Shown here one piece after another: positions 55,721-64,000 of a DNA stretch of 64,000 nucleotides (positions are counted from its first letter, which is position 1; every line of letters begins with the position of its first letter). The notes beneath the pieces were generated by a model. It was not told where the DNA came from. It saw only the letters and a list, made by a program, of their open reading frames with translations, and searched no databases. The translations under genes and the position numbers were made by a program. The stretch comes from Octopus vulgaris (lineage: Eukaryota): assembly GCA_951406725.2 (NCBI GenBank), contig OX597814.1, positions 222,704,001-222,768,000 of the forward strand, given 5' to 3'.

Positions 55721-56299
55721 GTACAATGAACAAATCATACCACAATATAACAAGCCAACTCATTGAGAAATTATAGAAGTAACGATATAATCTATAAGAA
55801 AATGAAAGCAAATTATTTCAAGGAGCGGGAAGTCTCCAAGGGATTATAAAGGTCCCAAATTTTGTCAACATGACAGCAATTTTAGAGGTGGAGTAAATCA
55901 ATTTCATTAACCCAAGTGCTCACATATTGGCCCTAGTGCTCACGTGATATTGCTTTTAATGACCTGAAAAAGGACGAAAGATAAACTTAATCACAGCGGA
56001 ATTTTAATTCAGAACTTAAAGATCAAGAAGAATTCCATCAGGCTAGTTCCCGAGTCTGCAAGCTTGTTGACCGTCCAACGGATTATAAATTCTCTGTGCC
56101 TAGTCGGCAGAATCGTTATCACGTCGAACATGCTTGACGACATTTTGTCCGGCTCTACATTCAGGGTTTTAAATTCGTGCTCCTCCTCCTCATCATCATC
56201 ATCCTTATTCTCGTCGTCGTTGTTGTTTTAAATTCGGTCGACTATGCCTTTCATCCTTTCGGGTTCAATAAAATAAGTATCAGTCAAGTACTGCTGTTC

Positions 56300-56570
56300 A
56301 TATATTCTACTTCTTTCATGTATTCTGCTTCTTTCAATTATAGGCGGCCAGTGTCTGCATCTGTATGGTGGGCTCCATGCATCGTTATGAGAATTTTTGA
56401 CTTCCTGTCAATCTCCGTTAGATTCTCTTGCGTCCACTTCAGGTTTCGAGTGCCATAGCGAACAACAACGACTGCGCGCGAGTTTATTGCCGAAATTATG
56501 ATTCTTTCATTCAACTTTGAAGCCAATATTTTTGTCATTCGCCGGAGGTACCCTCTTTTTGTCGTTCCTT
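56300..56570 (-). mobile_element. R4/Dong-like fragment (post-RT region)
   Basis: KILASKLN..IISAINSRAV..VRYG..KWT..LTEIDRK...TMHGAHH. Confidence 0.85.
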
Positions 56571-56677
56571 CATGCCGTTGTGTTTAATTCATTAAAGTAC
56601 CAGTTGAGTACTGGGGTCGATGTGATCAACTGTGCCCCTCCCTAGAAAATCCAGGTCTTCTGTCTATAGTAGGAAGG

Positions 56678-56772
<95 letters not shown>

Positions 56773-56774
56773 TA

Positions 56775-57150
56775 TTTTTCAATTCTGTTTCCATTTCTTG
56801 TCGAGTGTCTTCTTGACATCTAGGGCAGCGAAACGTACTGTATACATTGGCTGGCCATTAAAATAAAAACAACAGCTTGTTCATTTAGAAAGTCATGTGA
56901 CAGAGAAGAGGGGGAAGAAAGAGAAAAGGAAGAAAATAAAAAAAGAAAATAAACAAAGAAAATAAAGGGGAACATTTTTTGCTCTTCTTCATAACAGGAT
57001 GAAGCTTCTCACGTATTTCATGGTTTTCAACGAACTTTAGCATCCAGTCCTTAGTTGCTTCAAGATATTTTGCCAGTCCAGTTGTGGTGGTTTTGCAAGA
57101 GATGCCACAGTTGATATTCATATTTTTATGGTTAGTATTCCATTAGAGTG
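56775..57150 (-). mobile_element. Probable R4-like fragment and 3' end abutting (TTA)n
   Basis: KTTTTGLAKYLEATKDWMLKFVENHE patch. Confidence 0.55.
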
Positions 57151-57239
57151 GTATATTTGGAGATTCGTATTCCACATTGACATGTTGTGCTTCAGGAAGC
57201 TTGAAATCACAGAAGAAATTTTGAAGATATTCAGCGATT

Positions 57240-57273
<34 letters not shown>

Positions 57274-57276
57274 CTA

Positions 57277-57334
<58 letters not shown>

Positions 57335-57341
<7 letters not shown>

Positions 57342-57660
57342 TCCGCCTTAGCGAAGGTATTGTTTCAGTCGCGTTTGTTTGTCCTTGGATAATATATCTC
57401 AAGAACCGATAGATAGATTCGGATGAAACTTTCAGGGATGTTTGACCTCGTGATTGGCACGAATTGATTAGATTTGGGTATCGATCCGGTACCGGACAAG
57501 GATTCTGGGTTATTTTTCTGTTTTTTTTTTTTTACTTACTTTTTGAGAGCGCTCGGGTTCAATTTTAGCATTTTCGTTTGTGACAACAGACGAGTTTATT
57601 TCAGATATTCTCATTTTAAAAATCATTTCTGGCTAATCCTTGAGAGGATGCTGGTGTTGC
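57335..57660 (+). mobile_element. Helentron/HINE-like non-autonomous element, 5' part
   Basis: TTATTACCTCCGCC..GCGAAGGTATTGTTT start, short GTTT repeat, GGATGAAACTT motif, inserted in a T-rich tract. Confidence 0.65.
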
Positions 57661-57699
57661 CTTGTTGTTGATTTTATTATTGTTGTTGTTGTTGTTTTT

Positions 57700-58335
57700 C
57701 TTCTCGGAATATTTAGTCTTGTTTGCTCTGGTAGGTTCTGTGAGAGCAGACAGCAGTCTGCTGTCAGAGGTCTCTCTCATAAGGTCTCTTTCTGTCATTA
57801 TAAGCATTGATACCTGGTTGTTAATTATTCAACATCCACGTACCAATCCCAAAATCCTAGCTATCCCCAGCAGAGCAGTTTTGGGGCTTGCTTTGTTCTC
57901 ATGTCAATCCCGATTACTCTGATATTAGTGCCCCGAGTGCCCCTACAACAACTGGAATGACAAACACTCACCTAATAGTCCACATTCTTGCAACTTCGTC
58001 TTTTAGTAGTCTGTATTTTTATCACTTATGTGTGCATTGCCGGATATTGCAATATCTATAATCTTGATTTCGGCTGGAAATTTCCATTTTTCCTATACCT
58101 AGCACAATATCTGGTCTCCGAGCATAGATTAGGGAGTCACATTGGATTGTAAAATCCCACAGTACCTTATACTCCCTGTTTTTGGAGACTCTCTCTGATT
58201 CATGTTCGTACCATTTCTTGTTCAGGCCGTACTTTTTACGCAGCTTCCAGTGGACGGACTAATCCACGTTATCGTGCCTCGATTTATATTGTTTTGGGGC
58301 CAGCTTGCTTCACTCACTCAAAATATGTGAGATTG
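57700..58335 (-). mobile_element. R4/Dong-like 3' end (RLE)
   Basis: HILSE*SKLA..YKSRHDNV..VHWKL, KVLWDFTIQCDSLIYARRPDIV, IIDIAISG, IPVVVGALG. Confidence 0.9.
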
Positions 58336-59339
58336 TTTGCTTGTTTGTTTGTTTTTTTGCCTTCTTCTTCTTCTTCTTCTTCTTCTTCTTCTTCTTCTTC
58401 TTCTTCTTCTTCTTCTTCTTCATCTTTTTTCTCCTTCTTTTTCTTCTTCTCGTCATCGTCCTCTTCCTCATGGTCATCGTCGTCGTCGTCGGCGTCGTTG
58501 TTGTTTTTGTTGTTGTTATTATTGGCCTATTCCAAATCATAAATCATTGTAAATACCAAAGAGATGATAAAGCAAGAACCAACCAACTTTTTACTGAAAT
58601 ATTCCTAGAAGAAAACATAATACCCGTTTCTCAAATTTAATTTACTACTTACCGACAGAACGTCATAATTTAAATTGTCAATTTTACTTTTCCAGCCGAA
58701 AGAAAGACGCCATTCACGAATATTGTCATAGTGTAATACGAATCTGTTAGATACTTTTCCTGCTTATTATTTGCAGTATATATGTGATTACGTATGATAT
58801 GCTTCTTATAATATTGATTCTTATTTGCAAAACAACAATAATCAATATTTTTGAGTACCGTAGGAAATTATTTACGGTGTACTGATCTGACGCTTCTTTA
58901 GGTTTTATTTTTTTATTAATTCATTTTCAATTCTGCGGAAGTCACCGGCTGCTTTGATTATACCACCTTCATTGACTGGTCCTTAGAAATAAATGAAGTT
59001 ATCTTTATTATTATTGTTGTTGCCATTGTTGTTGTTGTTGTTATTGTTGTTATTGTTGTTGTTGTGTGTTGTTGTTGTTGTGTGTTGTTGTTGTTGTTGT
59101 TGGTGTTGATGCAGCGAGCTTGCAGAAGCGTTAGCTTCTATTTATCTGTCTAAACTGTCCTCAATTTCAATACAAACTTCTACGAAAATACGTCCTCTTC
59201 CTCTATTCATTACTACATATCTTGCGGCGAGTATCAATATATTTTCGACACAATTTTCGCAGAATCTTGTTGCATTTTCCAGAACTTTTATCGAAACAGT
59301 GTACTTTTTATTCGTGTAACCCTGTTACTTGCGCATTTT

Positions 59340-60144
59340 AATTATTATTTCATCAGTCGTTTGAAGTAATTCTAATTCGTCTGCGACTACTTTCTGTGAC
59401 TTTAGCAGCCTCTTTCACTACTTCCTCTTCAGGTTGATTTCCAGCTTTTATTCTGATTTCCTCAATTTCAATTTCAGTCAGCCATTTATTAGTTCTAATT
59501 GCTCTAACCTGATCAGCTAACCTTTGTCCAGTGACCTTGATAAGACCTTTTCCCTCACATATTAGTTTCATCCTGTGTCTGTAACCCCTTCTGCTTGGTT
59601 CACTTCTAATACAATACTTCATGACAATTTATTGATCGTCTTTTTTCCATTTCCACCTATAACCATTCTGACCAGAAGTTTGACGATCAACTGCAGAAAC
59701 CTTCCCTACCTCTCCTTATCCACCTGTCACTATTTCAAACCCCATTTACAGTTTCAGTTGTATTCAACATCTATTTTTCGATTTCATAGCTTTTTTTCTC
59801 GTAGTGATTTTAAGGAGACACCATCACTTGGAAGAATGTTTGCCCACGTCTCAAGATCACATTCTACCATATAATGACTATTACTCCTTGCTGGACATCA
59901 AACCGCTACTTTTTAAATATCATATATTACTTTCATTATAGAGTTCTCCCTGTCATAAAAGAGATTGCCTTCCCCGCGGCTTTGGTATACGTAAGTTGTG
60001 CATTTGTTGATTTTACTTAATACACCCACTTAGTGACAGGTTTCGTTTTAGTCCTCAGGACAGCAAAACCTGTCACTGTCAGGCCATCACTACCTCTTTG
60101 CTAAACAACTTTGGTAACATTGGTGAATTAGTCAACCACGGCCC
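59340..60144 (-). mobile_element. 5' end of an R4/Dong-like element (N-terminal domain plus putative 5' UTR)
   Basis: YCIRSEPSRRGYRHRM...QRLADQVRAIRTNKWLTEIEIEEI; the UTR extent is inferred. Confidence 0.7.
60023..60144 (-). ncRNA. Candidate HDV-like ribozyme (incomplete fit)
   Basis: P1 GGGCCGT/ATGGCCT with G1.U; P2 CACCAAT/GTGGGTG; long P4 TGACAGGTTT/AAACCTGTCA followed by CTAA; P3/L3 non-canonical. Confidence 0.45.
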
Positions 60145-60166
60145 GACTATGCGACAGATTTTTTTA

Positions 60167-60300
60167 AGGCGGTGAGCTGGCTGAATCGTTAGCACGCCAG
60201 GCAAAATACTTCTCGGAATGTCGTCTGTCTCTACGTGCTCTAAGTTCAAATTCAGCTAGGGACGACTTCGCTATTCAATCCTATCGGAGTCGATAAAATA
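60167..60300 (+). mobile_element. SINE family B, 5' part
   Basis: GGCGGTGAGCTGGCTGAATCGTTAGCACGCC...AGTTCAAATTC. Confidence 0.85.
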
Positions 60301-60304
60301 AATA

Positions 60305-60530
60305 TCAATTGAGAATGTGTATCTGTTTCTATGTGTGCATCACAAAAACTCGAGAATTGCTCAACCGATTTCATTCAAATTTTACACATACCTTACTTCG
60401 GATCCATGCAGGGTCAAAAAGATTTTCAACTTTTTGCCTAATGCGAGTTCGGAGCAATCTTTTATCTCTTACATTATTTCAGTATTATGTGCCAAAAGTG
60501 AAAGATGCATTCAGTTTAATACTATTATCT
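60305..60530 (+). mobile_element. Possible Helitron 5' fragment
   Basis: AACTCGAGAATTGCTCAACCGATTTCATTCAAATTT resembles Helitron 5' subterminal sequence. Confidence 0.4.
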
Positions 60531-60753
60531 CACATATATACATGCATACACACACACACATGTATATATATATATGTATATATGTGTGTATATATATATA
60601 TGTGTGTGTATGTGTGTGTTTGTGTGTGTGCGTGTGTGTATGTGTATATATACATGGTTCGTTTCATAAGCTTTTACACAGAAACCACAAAGCAGATGCG
60701 TCAATTCGTCCCACAAAATAGAAACATCACCATATTTTAATCTATATCGGTTA

Positions 60754-60835
60754 CCTCTGATGAGAGCAGGGTTACATGATTGAATTGCTACCTGGCGTTC
60801 CATTATATCCCAAGTGCGAAACTGATTGGTAAGAT
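60754..60835 (+). ncRNA. Decayed hammerhead motif with a long stem II
   Basis: ACCT-CTGATGA...C-GAAA-CTGATTGG-TA-AGAT; palindrome and stem I imperfect. Confidence 0.5.
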
Positions 60836-61025
60836 ACGCTCTAATTGATATATAATACTGTAAACCAGATAATATATATATATATATATACACATATATT
60901 TTTTTTTTTTCATGAAGTAAAAGCAGCTCTAGCACAATAAATTTCATTAAATACATGTATGTATGCTTGTATATGTGCGTGTGTGTGTGTGTATAAACAC
61001 ATATATATAGATAGATGGATAAATT

Positions 61026-61185
<160 letters not shown>

Positions 61186-61463
61186 TAAATATATACACAA
61201 ACACATAAATGTCTATATACAAACAAATATTTATGTTTCATTTATACATTTAAGTTTCCTTCTAGGCAAAGCAATGTTCCGAATTTTCTCGCAGATAAAA
61301 TACTAAGCCGACGTTTTTCAAAGCCTTTCCCTGCCGACTCCTGTTGCGAATCGTACACCAACTAATATTTATTGAGTTCTTCCTCTTTCTCATATAGGTA
61401 GTAGTAGTAGTACGCACTCTCCACTAAATTGCCTTCTCCCTTTCTCACTCTGTATATACACAG

Positions 61464-61501
<38 letters not shown>

Positions 61502-61553
61502 GCACACACACACATACACACAGGGATATATGTGCGTGCATATTCTATGTATG

Positions 61554-61588
<35 letters not shown>

Positions 61589-61671
61589 GCATCTGCGTGT
61601 TTGTGTTTTTGTGTGTGAGTTTGTGTGTCTGTGTGTCTTTATACATAAACACATATATTAAGCAAACCATA

Positions 61672-61722
<51 letters not shown>

Positions 61723-64000
61723 AACAGTCATGTATTCTTTCTATTTGTGAGTATGTGCGTGAGAGTGAGAGAGAGAAACAGAAAGAAAGACAGAGGCAGA
61801 GAACATGCAAGTGAAAGTATTCGATTTGATTTACCACTCTCCTGCGGAATGAACATGAAGTTATGAAATCACAAATCTTATCGATAAACCATTAATCATT
61901 AGATAAACCTAAGATAATAATGTCATGTTGAAAAGATCTTATGTTAAAGAAATGACTTCTTTACAAGGGAACAAATCTTGGCTTGACGCCTATTTCTGTG
62001 TAATGGCGACAACGTATAACGCTTCCATCGAATTATTATTCCAGTTCTTATGTTTTTAGTTTTTGTTTTTTAATATCTTATTTTCTCCCGTTTGTTACTC
62101 TTCTTCCTCGCGTTAATTGTTGAGAGTTTGTTTGCATTCGAGAAATAACCAACTTCATTTTAATATCAAGAGTAATATTAATTTCGCTTTAATATTTCAG
62201 TAGTAGTTTTTTTTTTTTTTTTGTTTTCAACTAGAATTTAGATTTCATCGAGGAAAAATATGATTAAAATGCCTGAGTCAAAAGAGTCCCTACTTAGGGC
62301 TATAGTCTGAAATGCATGATTTTGATTATTGTATTTTTTTAAAAATTAGTGTTAATGTGTAATTTCAGAGAAATTTAGTATTGCTCGTTGAACATTCGAC
62401 TGCATAGAGACACTCTTATTGGCCTTAAAGTTAGACTTACTGGTAATTGTTGTTGTTCAATCATAAGTCACCTCTGAAGGAAGAAACATACGATCAAAGC
62501 CATTCCAGTTACAAACAATTCCTCTTTTTGTATTTCATATAGCGAAATGTTCAAGTTTTGTGATAATAACATGTGAATTGTGAAAGATTTAGTTTATATT
62601 TCTAGCTAAACTACCAAGCATATAGACGCCCTTTTGTTACCTTGTGAGACCTACTGGCGTTAGTGATAGCGGTAGAAGTGAAGGAGATGTACTGATGCGG
62701 AAGAATTCTGTATATCAATTTACTTCACATGAAATCTGAATGATAGTAGTTGAATTAGAAGAAAAAAATGCGTATTTCATAATTTGTAACATCGGCTTCC
62801 AATGTGCGTTAAAATCTACCGTAATGTGTATATATGTCGGTTCTTCAAAAGAGTAACATATATTTTAGTTACCTTTAACGGCAATAAAATTCAAACTGGA
62901 AGTTAGGAATCACATCATCATTGAGTTATTATATCCTGCAGCGTTTCATGATTGATTCAAACTTAAGGGATATATAATACTGAAAAATCTATATTATTAT
63001 CTGTGATCATTCTGTTACTAAAATTTATTGAACATATAACGTGATATTTTAAATAATAAATGTTTTTCTTTTCATCATCGAAGAGTATATTTTTAACTCT
63101 GAGCAAGTTTTATCACTTAATATGTTAATAGCTTATTCCACAACACAGTAGTGTTTTTAAATAGAGAATGATATCATTTGTTCAGTGCATATTTTCCTTT
63201 TTTTATTCGTCTACCGCTACATGAAATTTTCCTAGGAATATTAGATTGTTCAATATTAGAGCTTATCAATTCTGGCGTTATTATATTAACGACTTATCAT
63301 CGAAAGTATACCTGACAACTTGAATCCTTATCTCAGTATCTCACTTATTGTCGAATTCACTATTCTTCCTTCATACCTAGCAAAACCTCCTTACCTATAT
63401 AACCTCTTTTTTTAAATGTCTGTCTTGTTACTTGTATGTCAGCCAGAGTCCATTACGAGTGATCGTGCTTTTGGACATGTGCAACCGGTGCAGTCGTTTT
63501 CTATCTCGAACACTTGTATGAAAAATGGTTAAAAGAAAATTTTTTTTAGAATATTCTAGAAGTTTTAATTCTAAGAGGAGAGTAGAATGTTTACTGTAAG
63601 GCTTAGAAAGTCAGCACGGCAACAATAAAAGTGGGAGGGAAGTGTATGTAGGTCGAGTGGACCTAAGTATGTAGGTTATGCTGAAGATTTCGAAAAAGAA
63701 GACACCTTAGTAATCAATGTTGAAAGTACAAAGAAACAAAGGCTGAGCATCTGACTGCTATCGATTAGAATTCAATATTTAATTTGTCGTAATTCAATGC
63801 CTTTCATTTGCGTGTCGCGTAAAAAGAACAAAGCGTGCAACAGCACAATCGTCGCAGTTTAATGCTATATAACTTGAAACCTACGTATAGCTCAAATCAA
63901 GAGCATTTTTACATTTATTTTAAGAAACTAAGTGAATTTGAGTCGGATTTTATCCCACATCAACTGCCCAAAATGTAATAAAAGTAAGATAAATATACAT

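Noticed and set aside
60036-60060. CTGAGGA...GAAAC on the minus strand as a hammerhead
   Set aside because: No stem II or stem I; better explained as the P4 hairpin of the HDV-like candidate.

Overview
AT-rich, microsatellite-dense eukaryotic genomic DNA, most likely Octopus (inferred from the SINE families I recognise). No complete protein-coding gene is visible, and almost all ORFs in the supplied track are microsatellite or reverse-strand artefacts. The window is mostly decayed transposons: several tRNA-derived SINE families, an internally deleted Ty3/gypsy element, R4/Dong-like (RLE) and RTE non-LTR fragments, two GIY-YIG Penelope-like elements (PLEs), Helitron/Helentron, piggyBac and mariner remnants. 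Read by eye, the best signals are: (i) about nine minimal type-I hammerhead ribozyme motifs with palindromic stem III in unrelated PLE-type termini, two with intact catalytic cores; (ii) an HDV-like fold at the 5' end of an R4-like element; (iii) a possible recursive splice site (poly-Y CAG|GTAAGT plus a 58-nt cryptic exon) and a few minus-strand exon candidates suggesting a long-intron host gene; (iv) a Helitron flanked by a 114-bp direct duplication; (v) a PLE copy shortened by many micro-deletions, probably an assembly artefact; (vi) an unexplained GC-rich island with about 300-bp diverged periodicity. All calls are manual; no searches were run, and decayed-element boundaries are approximate.
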